Source: an uncultured Acidimicrobiales bacterium
Lineage (GTDB): Bacteria; Actinomycetota; Acidimicrobiia; Acidimicrobiales; UBA10347
DNA length: 64,000 nucleotides
Assembly: GCA_943788915.1 (NCBI GenBank)
Contig: CALSSD010000007.1
Coordinates: forward strand, 1 to 64,000
Direction of reading: 5' to 3'
Shown: positions 1-10,551 of the stretch, in pieces
Position numbering within the stretch: the stretch's first letter is position 1
Layout: each line of letters opens with the position of its first letter
Notes under the pieces: generated by a model
Database searches by the model: none
Seen by the model: the letters and a program-made list of their open reading frames with translations, nothing else
What the model was told of the DNA's origin: nothing
Position numbers and translations under genes: made by a program

Positions 1-384
1 TTCTCCCTGAGTGACCATACGCAGAATCTCGATCGTCTCCCGGGTCCGAGTCACCGGCCTGGCGAAATGCACCCCGTGCCAACCTTCGATTACCTGTGGT
101 CCGCTCGCCCCCAGTCCAAGAACGAACCTGCCGTTGGACAGATGTTGCAAGGTCATGGCCGACATGGCCAACATGGCCGGCGTGCGAGTACCGAGCTGCA
201 CGATGCCCGTACACAGCCGGATTCTGTCGGTCACCACTGCGGCCGCCGCAATCTGCGTGAGTGCGTCGTAACCCCAGTACTCCGGAACCCAGATTGAGTC
301 GACGCCAAGCCGCTCGGCCTCGATCACGTAGTCGAGGCCTGGCTGATCAACCGGTTGTGCCCATGTACCAAGTCGAAGTGTCAT
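1..384 (-). CDS. LLM-class (probably F420-dependent) oxidoreductase, 3' end outside window
   Basis: Manual translation from ATG 384: MTLRLGTW...AERLGVDSIWVPEYWGYDA...TDRIRLCTGIVQLGTRTPAMLAMSAMTLQHLSNGRFVLGLGASGPQVIEGWHG. Typical luciferase-like N-terminus; not in the ORF track. Confidence 0.9.
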   Translation of the reverse strand, partial: MTLRLGTWAQPVDQPGLDYVIEAERLGVDSIWVPEYWGYDALTQIAAAAVVTDRIRLCTGIVQLGTRTPAMLAMSAMTLQHLSNGRFVLGLGASGPQVIEGWHGVHFARPVTRTRETIEILRMVTQGE

Positions 385-455
385 GTTCCTTTCATACTCC
401 ATGCACACGACCGAGTTGTTGACACTCGGTGACAACAACTGGCTTCGACAACTCG

Positions 456-2111
456 CTACTGCCGTTCAGCCACCTGGCCACGGTCGACATGCCAGTGACG
501 ATTGGTGGTCACGGCTTCGAGGAGACGTCGATCATGGGTCACGAGCAACACGGTGTGGGGAAAGGCTTGGAGCGCTGCTTCGAGTTGTTCTATCGCCGGG
601 AGATCGAGGTGGTTGGTGGGTTCATCAAGCACAAGCACGTTCGAGCCACGAGCAGCGAACAGCCCCAACGCGGCGCGTGTCTGTTCGCCAGGTGAAAGGT
701 CAGCAACCGGCCGGTCGATTCGCTGGGTATCCAGTCCGAGCTTTGCCAGCTGACTTCGGACAACCTGATCGTCACACCCAACCGCATCAGTGAATCCTCG
801 CAGCAGCGATGGAGCGTCAGCGAACAGTTTGCGTTGCTGGCGAAGGGTGGACACCTGCGCTGACCGGCCCACATGGTGCGATCCGGAATCAAGTTTGACC
901 TCGCCGAACAGAGCCCGGAGCAGGGTCGTCTTGCCCGAACCGTTCTCGCCGGTGATCATGATGCGATCGCCTGCAGTCACCGCAACGTCTACCGGCCCGA
1001 GTGTGAAGTCGCCAAGCTTGACCGTTGCGCCAGTGAGCGTTGCCACTTCGGTTCCTGAACGCTCTGCGGTGGCGAAGTCGAGCTGGAGCTCCCACGGTTC
1101 CCACGGCGCTTCGACTCGCTCGTTACGTTCAAGCCGTTCGAGCGCACGTTCGGTCTGCTTCGCCTTGCCGGCAATCTTCTCGCTGGTGGCGATCCGGTGG
1201 GCCCGGATGTTCTTGTCGGGCTCAGACTTGTCTGTCTTGGCTTTGCGCACCCCTACCGTCGACCACTGTTGCTGGGTCTGGGCCCGCTCCTGCAGCTGCG
1301 ATCGTTTGGCGTTAAATTCGTCGTAGGCGTCGTAGTGCTGCTGTCGGGCCACGTCGCGGGCGTGTTGCCATGCTTCGAAACCGCCGTTGAAGCGTTTGCC
1401 AGTGTGTGCGTGGTCCTCGAGTTCGTAGACCGACGTGATTACCCGCTCCAAGAATGTTCGATCGTGGCTCACCACCGCGATGGCCCGCTCCTGACCGAGC
1501 AGCATGGACTCCAGTAGGTCGAGACCCGCCTGGTCGAGATCATTGGTTGGTTCGTCGAGTAAGAGCACGTCGAAGCTTGCGAGCAACATGGCCGCCAGGT
1601 TGACCTTGGTGCGCTGGCCTCCTGAGAGGTCGGCGACTTTATCGGTGAGTTCGACGCCCTGAAGCCCGACCTCGCCCATGGCCTGCCCAGTGCGAGCGGC
1701 GAACGATGAAGCGTCGGTAGCGAGATATCGAGATAGTGCCGTGTCGTAGCGCTCGTCCGAGCCTGCCGCGCCCTCGGCAACGTCGACCAGCGAGGCTTCG
1801 AACTCTGCCAGCACGGCACCGACACCCGTCGAACGACTGACGAACGCTCCGACAGTTTCATCGGGCTGATCGTCGAGTTGCTGGCGCATGAGCCCGACGG
1901 TGGCTGCGCTGGGATTCGCGGAGACGGCGCCAAGTTCCGGGTCAAGCTCAGCGGCGAGGAGCCGTAGCAGTGTCGACTTGCCGGTGCCGTTCGGACCAAC
2001 AATGCCCACACGGTCACCCGGGGCGAGGGTCAGCGAAATGTCGCGCAGTATCGAACGTGGGCCGTAGGAGAATGCCAGGCCAGTAGCGATGAGTTGGGCG
2101 TGTGCATGCAT
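456..2111 (-). CDS. ABC-F family ATP-binding protein (ribosome-associated)
   Basis: Two ABC domains (GPNGTGKST/LSGGQ/LLLDEPTN and GENGSGKTT/LSPGE/LVLDEPTN), charged linker, no TM segments. Start moved to ATG 2111. Confidence 0.9.
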   Translation of the reverse strand: MHAHAQLIATGLAFSYGPRSILRDISLTLAPGDRVGIVGPNGTGKSTLLRLLAAELDPELGAVSANPSAATVGLMRQQLDDQPDETVGAFVSRSTGVGAVLAEFEASLVDVAEGAAGSDERYDTALSRYLATDASSFAARTGQAMGEVGLQGVELTDKVADLSGGQRTKVNLAAMLLASFDVLLLDEPTNDLDQAGLDLLESMLLGQERAIAVVSHDRTFLERVITSVYELEDHAHTGKRFNGGFEAWQHARDVARQQHYDAYDEFNAKRSQLQERAQTQQQWSTVGVRKAKTDKSEPDKNIRAHRIATSEKIAGKAKQTERALERLERNERVEAPWEPWELQLDFATAERSGTEVATLTGATVKLGDFTLGPVDVAVTAGDRIMITGENGSGKTTLLRALFGEVKLDSGSHHVGRSAQVSTLRQQRKLFADAPSLLRGFTDAVGCDDQVVRSQLAKLGLDTQRIDRPVADLSPGEQTRAALGLFAARGSNVLVLDEPTNHLDLPAIEQLEAALQAFPHTVLLVTHDRRLLEAVTTNRHWHVDRGQVAERQ

Positions 2112-2198
2112 GTGAAGGAGACCTTTCGGGCGAGCCACGATTGCGGCGGCGCCATCGACGACGAGGACAGGTCTCAGTTCTTCACGAGCGTCACCCTA
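2112..2198 (-). promoter_or_regulatory. Putative translational attenuator leader of the ABC-F gene
   Basis: -10 TAGGGT (2198-2193), then 7 nt, then GTG-AAG-AAC-TGA (2185-2174). GTGAAG..GAGACCT pairs with AGGTCTC-CTTCAC immediately before the ATG at 2111. Confidence 0.6.
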
Positions 2199-2246
2199 AC
2201 TCGCTCGCGTACCTGCCGCCACCGATGTACGGGCACCCAGGACCAA

Positions 2247-2381
2247 GAGGGACCGTCGACACAGCAACACCGCGAACCTTGAGGGACCGCCAACACAGAA
2301 ACACCGCGAACCCAGAGGGACCGTCGACGCAGAAACTCTCAAGCAGGGTTTCGGCGAGGGACGAGCCGAAAGCCGGACTAC
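2247..2381. repeat. 34-bp tandem repeat (~2.6 copies) followed by a dispersed REP-like element
   Basis: gagggaccg(t/c)c(g/a)acacag(c/a)aacaccgcgaacc units start at 2247 and 2281, with a partial unit at 2315; then cagggtttcggcgagggacgagccgaaagccggactac (2344-2381). Confidence 0.85.
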
Positions 2382-2387
2382 CCGAGA

Positions 2388-3614
2388 CTACCCCGAGATG
2401 CGAACCTCGCTGAACGGGACGCCCTTGTCGACCTCGGGCTCCTTCGGTAGTCCCAAGATGCGTTCGCCGATGATGTTGCGCTGGATCTGATCGGTGCCCC
2501 CGCCAATCGAGGTGAAGAAGGCATTCAACATCGCATAGGTCGCATCGGCTCCGTCGGGGTGGTCCTCGCCCCCGAGCATCGCTTCGCTACCAAGGATCTC
2601 GGCCTGCAGGCTCCCACCGAAGTGCAACATGCGTGACATCGCCAGCTTGCCGAGTGAGACCACCGGCGATGATGTGCCTTTCGACAGGGCTGCCTTGCCC
2701 CGCTGGTTATTCCATGCGTTAACTGTTCGCCATGAATGCAGCCGCATGAGATCTTGGCGAATGCCAGAGTCTCCGACCACGCCTCGTTCAGTGGCAAGTT
2801 CAATCAGTGACAAATCGGGCACCGGAGCCGACTTCTCGCTCGTGAGATCGCGCACCACTTCGGCCGACTGCTTCTTGCGCTTTTGGGTAACGCCCATCAC
2901 CGAACGTTCATAGGCCAACGCAGATGTCAGCACATGCCATCCGCCATTGAGGTCGCCCAACATGTTGGCATCGGCAACCCGAGCATCGGTCAGGAAGACC
3001 TCGTTGAAACGCGAGTCGCCGGTGGCTTGCCGCAGTGGTCGCACCTCGACGCCGGGCTGTTTCATGGGTATGAGGAAGAATGTCATGCCGCGGTGCTTCG
3101 GCTGTGACGAGTCTGTGCGGCTAATCAGAAAGCCGTAGTCGGCTTGACGACCGCTCGAGGTCCACACCTTCTGGCCGTTGACAATCCACTCATCGCCGTC
3201 ACGTTCGGCACGGGTCTGCACCGATGCCAAGTCGCTTCCTGCACCCGGCTCGCTGTAAAGCAAACACATATCGACCTCGCCCAGCAGCAGATCTCGCAGC
3301 ATCTCTTGCTTGAGTTCTGGACGCGCCCATGTGGTGATGGTCGCGGCCCACAGGTTGGTGACGTCTTGTCCCCAGCCGGTCAGGTCAGTTGGTCGGAAGA
3401 CCTGGTCGGTTGCTCGGGCAACCTTGGGGGCCAGGCCGCGTCCGTATTCCTCGACTGGCCAGCTCGGTGCCGACCAGCCTGAGTCAACGAGTTCTCTAAG
3501 CCAGGCCTTGCGGTCGGTGTCGGGGGTGACCGGGTGGGCTTCGAGCCAGGACTGAGCTTCAGCAATCGCAGCGGCGGCAGCCTGGTCGAAGGAATCGTCT
3601 GGTGCACTTGCCAT
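2388..3614 (-). CDS. Acyl-CoA dehydrogenase family protein
   Basis: YSEPGAGSDLAS, VNGQKVWTS, FNEVFLTD and SIGGGTDQIQRNIIGERILGLP motifs. Confidence 0.95.
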   Translation of the reverse strand: MASAPDDSFDQAAAAAIAEAQSWLEAHPVTPDTDRKAWLRELVDSGWSAPSWPVEEYGRGLAPKVARATDQVFRPTDLTGWGQDVTNLWAATITTWARPELKQEMLRDLLLGEVDMCLLYSEPGAGSDLASVQTRAERDGDEWIVNGQKVWTSSGRQADYGFLISRTDSSQPKHRGMTFFLIPMKQPGVEVRPLRQATGDSRFNEVFLTDARVADANMLGDLNGGWHVLTSALAYERSVMGVTQKRKKQSAEVVRDLTSEKSAPVPDLSLIELATERGVVGDSGIRQDLMRLHSWRTVNAWNNQRGKAALSKGTSSPVVSLGKLAMSRMLHFGGSLQAEILGSEAMLGGEDHPDGADATYAMLNAFFTSIGGGTDQIQRNIIGERILGLPKEPEVDKGVPFSEVRISG

Positions 3615-3685
3615 GACGCCATACTCTCAGCACCTACCTACATCGGCAAAAACTGGCCACCCACAAGCCAGAGACAAGACAAGCG

Positions 3686-3727
3686 GTCACCGAGGGTCTG
3701 ACCCCACGTCACCGAGGGTCTGACCCC
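3686..3727. repeat. 22-bp tandem repeat with GGGTCTGACCC palindromic core (REP-like)
   Basis: gtcaccgagggtctgacccc at 3686-3705 and 3708-3727. Confidence 0.8.
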
Positions 3728-4047
3728 GCGTGACCAGGTAGGAGAGCACCCCGTCTACACAGAAACGGATAATGCAATCTGAACTATCAGTGTTAGGCGA
3801 ACGAAGGTATGTCAACACTGGTGGCTACAACGAAGGAGCCGGCGGCGTATTTGGGCAGTTCACGTCGGGTAAACCTTGACAGGTCCTCCGGGTCGGTCTC
3901 TGAGCCCACAATCGCTGTATCCGCACCCCCAAGCGAACAACGATCTGCGTCGAATGACCCGAGCGTTCGCCACCGATGAACGGCCGATTGGGTACCTGCC
4001 GGAATCGCTGGTCTACCGTTGTGTCCACCAACGTCCTTTGGGGAGTC

Positions 4048-5208
4048 ATGGCCTACACAAACAGTCGCACCTATCTCGATGCAGACAGCCACATCATGGA
4101 GCTACCCGACTTCCTGACCAGTAATACTCCGGCGAGCCAGCTGGCGCTCGTGCCGAGAGTGCCGGTCGAAGGCGGCGCCCGATCGGCCGATGGTTTCCAG
4201 CTTGCGTTAGAAACACGTGCCCAACCAGCCGACAAGGTCGATGAGATGGTGGCGCTGGGCGATCAGTTGATCTCCGGCCCCAAGGGTTACTTTGCTCTCG
4301 GCGCCTTTAACAAGAGCGAACGAACGCAAGCCCTGAACCAGCTCGGCTTTCATCGCCAACTGGTCTTCAGCACATTTGCTGCACCTCTGTGTTTCAACGC
4401 CGCATCCAACGAAGCCAGGTATGCATCGGCCGCAGCACACAACCGTGGCATCGCCGAGTTCTGCGCCGATGATGACCGACTCATGGGTGTGGGCGCACTG
4501 CCCCTCGACGACCCGGCCCAAGCCATCGTTGAACTTGAACACATGATCGAACTTGGCTTGGCCACCGCGTGGGTCCCGCATCGACCGTGCGGCGGCCGGT
4601 CCCCTGGCCACAACGATCTTGATCCAATCTGGGCCCGTCTCGCCGAAGCTGGCATTCCGTTCGTGCTCCATGTTGGTGGACAGCCGCTGCAGATTCATCC
4701 AGACTGGATGAACACCGGTCGTGAGGTGCCGACCGATTGGCTCGGCGGAGGGGAAAACGTACGATCGAAAGACATGACCTCGCTGCATCACGACGCCGAG
4801 ACATTCCTTGGCACCATGTTGCTCGATGGCGTGTTCGAGCGTCATCCAAACCTTCGTGGCGCTGCGGTCGAGCTTGGTGCCGGATGGGTGCCCAGCTTCC
4901 TTCGCCGACTCGATTGGAGTGCCGACATCTGGCGCAAGTCCGAACCCGAGCTACAGAACCTGATCCGGAAACCTAGCGAGCAGCTGACCACGCAGATGGC
5001 GTTCACGCCGTTTGTGTATGAAGACGTCGGCAGCCTGGTCAACGAGTCAAACGACGAGCTCTATCTGTTCTCTAGCGACTACCCGCACCACGAAGGCGGC
5101 CGAAACCCGCTGGGGCGTTTCGAAGCTTCACTCGACGGCCACACCGCCGCCACACTCAACCGTTTCTACGCCGACAACTTCAGCCGAGTATTTGGGAGCC
5201 AGCAATGA
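4048..5208 (+). CDS. Amidohydrolase_2 family protein
   Basis: DADSH, PFVLHVG, VELGAGW and FSSDYPHHEG motifs; GGGAG RBS before ATG 4048. Confidence 0.9.
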   Translation: MAYTNSRTYLDADSHIMELPDFLTSNTPASQLALVPRVPVEGGARSADGFQLALETRAQPADKVDEMVALGDQLISGPKGYFALGAFNKSERTQALNQLGFHRQLVFSTFAAPLCFNAASNEARYASAAAHNRGIAEFCADDDRLMGVGALPLDDPAQAIVELEHMIELGLATAWVPHRPCGGRSPGHNDLDPIWARLAEAGIPFVLHVGGQPLQIHPDWMNTGREVPTDWLGGGENVRSKDMTSLHHDAETFLGTMLLDGVFERHPNLRGAAVELGAGWVPSFLRRLDWSADIWRKSEPELQNLIRKPSEQLTTQMAFTPFVYEDVGSLVNESNDELYLFSSDYPHHEGGRNPLGRFEASLDGHTAATLNRFYADNFSRVFGSQQ

Positions 5209-6071
5209 CAGCAACAAGTACGGGTGTCGTGTTGGACACACGCCCAATGACCGGTAGCTTCGGCGCCGACATCCACGGCCTCGATCTGAGCCAGGCGCTC
5301 GACGGCGCCACCACCGCTGCTATCGAAGCAGCCTTCGCCGATCACTCGGTGCTTGCGTTCCGGGACCAGCAACTGACGGTCGATCAGCTCGAGGCCTTCG
5401 CCCTGCAATTTGGCAGTTTCGGCGACACGCCGTTCATCACTCCTCTCGACGACCACCCAAACGTGCTCGCTGTCGTCCGAGAAGCCGACGAAGCGGGCGC
5501 TTTGTTCGGCGGTTCATGGCACAGCGACTGGAGCTTCCAACACGCTCCTCCGTCGGCAACCATCTTGTACGGCCACGAGGTTCCACCCGCGGGCGGTGAC
5601 ACCGTGTTCACCAACCAATACCTGGCCTATGAGACGCTCTCGGATGGTATGAAACGCATGCTCGAAGGTCTCAACGCCATCCACTCCGCACAACGTTCCT
5701 ACGGGCCGCAGGGAGTCTTTGGTCGGCCCGACCCGAAGGCAGCGATGCATATTCAGGGCGGCGAAGAGGCACTGGCCAGGCAAACGCACCCGATCGTGCG
5801 CACCCATCCGGTGACGGGTCGCAAGTTGTTGTTTATCAATGACGTCTACACCATCGGTATCGAAGACATGAATGGCCCTGAGAGCAAAGCGCTGCTCGGG
5901 TATCTGCTCGAGCACTCCAAACAGGTCAGCTTTTTGTGCCGAGTCCGGTGGCAGCCAGGCACGCTCACCATGTGGGACAACCGTTGCGTGCAACATCATG
6001 CCATCAATGACTATCCCGGTCAGCGTCGGGAGATGTACCGCGTCACGCTTGCAGGCGAAGTACCGGTCTGA
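5205..6071 (+). CDS. TauD/TfdA family Fe(II)/2-oxoglutarate dioxygenase
   Basis: WHSDWSF, GGDTVF, HPIVRTHPVTGRK and WDNRCVQH motifs; ATGA overlap with the amidohydrolase. Confidence 0.93.
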   Translation: MTATSTGVVLDTRPMTGSFGADIHGLDLSQALDGATTAAIEAAFADHSVLAFRDQQLTVDQLEAFALQFGSFGDTPFITPLDDHPNVLAVVREADEAGALFGGSWHSDWSFQHAPPSATILYGHEVPPAGGDTVFTNQYLAYETLSDGMKRMLEGLNAIHSAQRSYGPQGVFGRPDPKAAMHIQGGEEALARQTHPIVRTHPVTGRKLLFINDVYTIGIEDMNGPESKALLGYLLEHSKQVSFLCRVRWQPGTLTMWDNRCVQHHAINDYPGQRREMYRVTLAGEVPV

Positions 6072-6074
6072 CCA

Positions 6075-6203
6075 ATGGTCAGCCACGAAATCGATACGGC
6101 CGAGGCGATTGGGCTCGAACGTATCGTGCTCAGTCCCAGTGAACGATCCCGTCGGTTCTTCGCCCCTGCATCGGACCTTCTGCGAAGCCCCGCCTCTCCC
6201 TAA
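6075..6203 (+). pseudogene. Possible C-terminal remnant of a GNAT acetyltransferase
   Basis: Manual translation ...AEAIGLERIVLSPSERSRRFF... resembles the GNAT beta5/motif B segment (LSPSERSxxFY); only 42 codons. Confidence 0.35.
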
Positions 6204-6247
6204 ACATGACGGTGCCTGGCACCGTCATGTTTAGGCACCGTCATGTT
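6202..6247. repeat. Perfect 15-bp inverted repeat with GGTGCCTGGCACC core plus a duplicated right arm
   Basis: aaacatgacggtgcc-t-ggcaccgtcatgttt (6202-6232), then ggcaccgtcatgtt again at 6234-6247; lies between convergent genes. Confidence 0.85.
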
Positions 6248-6382
6248 CCGCATACAGAGCTGGCTGGGAATGAGGTTCCTGCTTCGATCGTTGCTTCAGG
6301 CACCCGCGAACGAGGCGGCGATGTGCATCGTTTGCGGTTGACCACGACCAACGCTGAAGGTGTCGCCCTCACCCGGTCGGTG

Positions 6383-6862
6383 TCAGGCTTCTGAACGCAC
6401 CGGCAAAACAACATGGCGACGGCGGCGTTCGAACAGTAACGACGACCGTTCGTCGAAGACCTCGGGAAAACTACTGATTTCGTTCAACACGATTGTCTGC
6501 AGCGCTGTGGCATCGGGAACTGCCAGATGGATGACGACGTCCTCGATGCCTGAAATCAGGTCGATCCCCATCGTCTCGGACAACGACCAAACATGGTCGA
6601 TAAATCGATTCACGATCTCATCGCTTTTGGGCTGCAACCGCACAAACACCAGCGCTTGCAGACCACGGCCTAAGGCCGCTAGATCCACCTCAGCGTGATA
6701 CCCCCTGATGACGCCGCTCTGTTCAAGTTCGCGGACACGATTGAGTGTCGTGGACGGCGCTAAACCCACCGTGGCGGCCACAGCTCGATTCGTCTGGCGA
6801 GCATCGCGTTGCAGTTCTTCGAGAACATGGGCGTCGACGGCATCGAGCTGAGGTGGCGTCAT
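6383..6862 (-). CDS. Lrp/AsnC family transcriptional regulator
   Basis: LDAVDAHVLEELQRDAR...GLAPSTTLNRVRELEQSGVIRGY HTH; AAGGAA RBS upstream of ATG 6862. Confidence 0.93.
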   Translation of the reverse strand: MTPPQLDAVDAHVLEELQRDARQTNRAVAATVGLAPSTTLNRVRELEQSGVIRGYHAEVDLAALGRGLQALVFVRLQPKSDEIVNRFIDHVWSLSETMGIDLISGIEDVVIHLAVPDATALQTIVLNEISSFPEVFDERSSLLFERRRRHVVLPVRSEA

Positions 6863-7011
6863 TTGTTCACGTTCCTTCCGACTCAACTGCCATTTACCGA
6901 ACAAATCTATCCTAAAGGACCATATGACCGAACGTTGTATGACTGCTGTGCACAACAGATGAACATAGGTAAAGATTGGGTCCTGATTCGCCGCGAATTG
7001 AAGGATCTGCC

Positions 7012-10000
7012 ATGACAGCCACCTCGCATTACCAGCTCAATGACCGATACCAGGTCGACGAAGGCACGGTCTTCCTGACCGGCATTCAGGCTCTCGCCCG
7101 GCTGCCTTTGGAACAGTTGCGAGCTGATCGGCGGGCCGGTCTCGATACCGCGGCCTTCGTGTCGGGCTACCAGGGTTCGCCACTTGGTGGGTTACGGGCA
7201 AGCGGTCGAAGCTGCCGCCCGCATCGCAACCGACCTGCCGATCGTCTTCCGCCAGGGCATGAATGAGGAATACGGTGCCACCGCGGTCATGGGATCGCAG
7301 CTTGCGTCGGCCCAGCCCGATGCCCGCCACGATGGCGTCGTCGGCATTTGGTACGGCAAAGCGCCGGGTGTCGACCGAGCCGCTGATGCCCTACGACATG
7401 CCGTCTATGCCGGCACGTCGATGTACGGCGGGGCCATAGCGCTGGTAGGCGACGATCCGAATGCCAAGTCGTCCACGGTGCCATCGTCCTCGGCTGGTTT
7501 GTTGTACGACATGCACATGCCGTTGTTGTATCCCGGTGATCCTGCCGAAGCGCTCGATCTCGGCCGGCATGCCATCGCTATGTCACGGGCCACCGGCCTT
7601 TGGTCAGCAGTGAAGATCGTGGCCGACGTGGCCGACGCCTCGGCCAGCGTGGATCTCTCACCGGATCGGGTGCGGCCAATTATCCCATTGATCGATGGCC
7701 AGCCGTATCAGCACACGCCCTATGGCCAACTACTAACACCAATGACGGTCGAGATCGAACGCGAGATCGTCGAAGTCCGTTACGAACTCGCCCGCCGCTA
7801 CGCGACCGACAACCACCTCAACGTCGTGACCGTGGACCCGAGCGATGCATGGATTGGCATCGTCTCATCGGGCATCACCTACCGCGAAGTCCGAGAATCA
7901 CTCGCTCGGCTCGGGCTGCGCAACAACCACGACGTCGAGGCTGCCGGTATTCGACTGCTCAAGATGGGCATGCCGATGCCCTTCAACCCTCAGACCGTCC
8001 GCAACTTCTCCCGAGGGCTGACCGAGCTGGTCGTGGTCGAAGAGAAGTCACCAAACATCGAATCGCTGATCAAGGACGCACTGTACGCCGTGGCTGACCG
8101 CCCGGTGATCGTGGGCAAGACCGACGAAACCGGCGCCCGCATGCTTCCACTTTGGGGCGGTCTCGACGCAGACAACATCATGCCGGTACTGCGAGCACGG
8201 CTGGCACCACGCCTCGAAGAACGCCTTGCGCCTCTTCCCCGTGAACGGACCATGATCCCGCTCGCGGTCGAACGGTCGCCGTTCTTCTGTTCCGGCTGCC
8301 CCCACAACCGCAGCACCGAGGTGCCCGACGGCGCAGTCGTTGGCGCCGGCATTGGCTGCCACACCATGACCTTGCTCATGGACCCAGACCGAGTTGGCGA
8401 CATCGCCGGCCTGACCTGCATGGGTAACGAGGGCACCCAGTGGATCGGCATGAGCGACTTCGTAGAGACCGACCACATCTTCCAGAACCTGGGTGATGGC
8501 ACCTTCTTCCACTCGGGGCAGTTAGCCATCCAAGCCGCCATCGCGTCCGGCGTGAACATCACCTACAAACTGCTGTGGAACGACACGGTTGCTATGACCG
8601 GTGGCCAGGATCCCGAAGGGCAACTCCCGTTGCAATCAGTCATCGACATGTTGCTCGCACAAGGCGTGGCCCGAGTGCTCGTCACCACCGATGATGTCGG
8701 CCGCGACCGGGGCGATCTCGCAAAAGGTGTCGACGTTTGGGACCGCACTCGACTCATCGAAGCCCAGGAGTTGCTCGCGACCACGCCCGGCGTGACCGTA
8801 CTGATCCATGATCAAGCGTGTGCAGCCGAAGCTCGCAGGGACCGCAAGCGCGGCTTAATCGAGACGCCACCCGAGCGAGTCTTCATCAACCATCGGATCT
8901 GCGAAGGTTGCGGCGACTGCGGCCAGATCAGCAACTGTCTATCGGTGCAGCCGATAGAGACACCGTTCGGCCGCAAGACACACATCGATCAGACCACCTG
9001 CAACCTTGACTACAGCTGCATCGAAGGTGACTGCCCGTCTTTCATGACCGTGACCACCGACGAACCAGGCTGGTTGCAACGTTTCCTCGCCCGTCGATCA
9101 AAGCCGAGTGCGGCAGCAACATAACCTGTCGGCAACGGCCGCCGCTCCCCCGACACACTTCCCCACCCCGCAGCCACTGGTGCCGGTCAACAGCTTCTCG
9201 TTACGTATCACCGGCATCGGCGGGACCGGCGTGGTCACCGTGGCCCAGGTCCTGGGTACCGCAGCCATGCTTGCTGGCTACGAGGTACGAGGCCTCGACC
9301 AGATCGGACTGTCGCAGAAGGCCGGTCCCGTGGTCAGCGATCTACGTTTGTCGCTCGATACGCCGTCCTATACAAACCGACTCGGCGACCGCCAGGCTGA
9401 TCTGCTGCTGGCGTTTGACCAGCTCGTCGCAGCCAGCGAGAAGGGATTATCGGCATGTGACTCCGATCGCACGGTGGTGATTGGTTCCACATCGGGCACA
9501 CCAACCGGAGCGATGATCACCCATCCCGATATCGCCATGCCCACACCGGCAACACTCGCTGCAACGATTCGCAACCACACCACCGAGCACCACTTCTGGG
9601 CCGATGCTCAGTCAACGACCGAGGACCTACTTGGTTCGGCGATGGCCGCGAATATCTTCGTGATCGGCATGGCGGTGCAGTCAGGCGGTTTGCCGATTGG
9701 CGCTGACTTCATCGAACAGGCCATCGAACTCAACGGTGTGGCCGTGGCTGCGAATACTGCGGCCTTCCGGTTTGGCCGGTTGCAGGTCAGTGACCCATCA
9801 CAGGTCAACAACGCCCGAGTCGCAACCGAGGGCCTTCCCCTCACAATCCCGCCCACCACATTTGCCACCGAACTCGATTCGCTGGGTGCACAAGCTGAGC
9901 GGCGGGACCATCTCGCCATGCTCGCCACTGAGTTGGAAGCCTGGGGCGATCGCACCGATGCAACGCGTTGGTTCCAGGTTCTCGACCGTGTGCGTCGCTC

Positions 10001-10511
10001 CGAATGGGCGATCGACACAACGAGTGATCGGCTCGTCGATGCCGTTGCCGATGGGCTGTTCAAGCTGATCGCCTACAAGGACGAGTACGAGGTTGCCCGG
10101 CTCATGGTTGAACCCGAAGGCCTGGCCGAGGCACAAGAACTCGTGGCCGAAGGTGGGACGATGAGCTATCGCCTGCACCCGCCAATGTTGCGGGCACTCG
10201 GCTTGGACAAGAAGATCTCCATCCCAGCTACCGCAGCGCCTGCACTAGGAGCGCTGGCCAAAGGCAAACGGCTACGGGGCACCTTCCTCGATCCATTCCG
10301 GTGGGCCGAGGTCCGCAAGGTCGAACGCAAACTGGCCAACGAGTACATCGCCACCATCGATCGGGCGCTGGCCAAACTTTCTGCACAGAACTTCGACCGC
10401 GTCGTCGAGCTCGCCGAAACACCAGATCTCGTTCGCGGCTACGAAGACATCAAGCTGGACAATGTCGAGCACTACCGCACCCGCGTCGCCGAACTATTGG
10501 CTGCACTCTGA
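7012..10511 (+). CDS. Fused indolepyruvate:ferredoxin oxidoreductase (alpha+beta), two frameshifts (~7190, ~9120)
   Basis: TGIQAL, SGYQGSPLGG, NEEYGAT, FCSGCPHN, GIGCH, GDGTFFHSG, CEGCGDC..C, GIGGTGVVT, GLSQKAGPV and YKDEYEVARL, spread over three consecutive ORFs. Confidence 0.9.
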
Positions 10512-10513
10512 CC

Positions 10514-10548
10514 ACGAAGGGACGGGTACCAGGCACGCGTCCCTTCGT
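10514..10548. terminator. Hairpin between convergent genes (possible bidirectional terminator)
   Basis: acgaagggacg ... cgtcccttcgt 11-bp stem. Confidence 0.6.
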
Positions 10549-10551
10549 TGG

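Noticed and set aside
2247..2336. 34-bp periodic repeats as a CRISPR array
   Set aside because: Contiguous tandem units with no unique spacers.
3730..4040. Intergenic stretch as a riboswitch, IS end or PIN remnant
   Set aside because: No recognisable aptamer or terminal repeat pair; only a vague TDPEDL resemblance.
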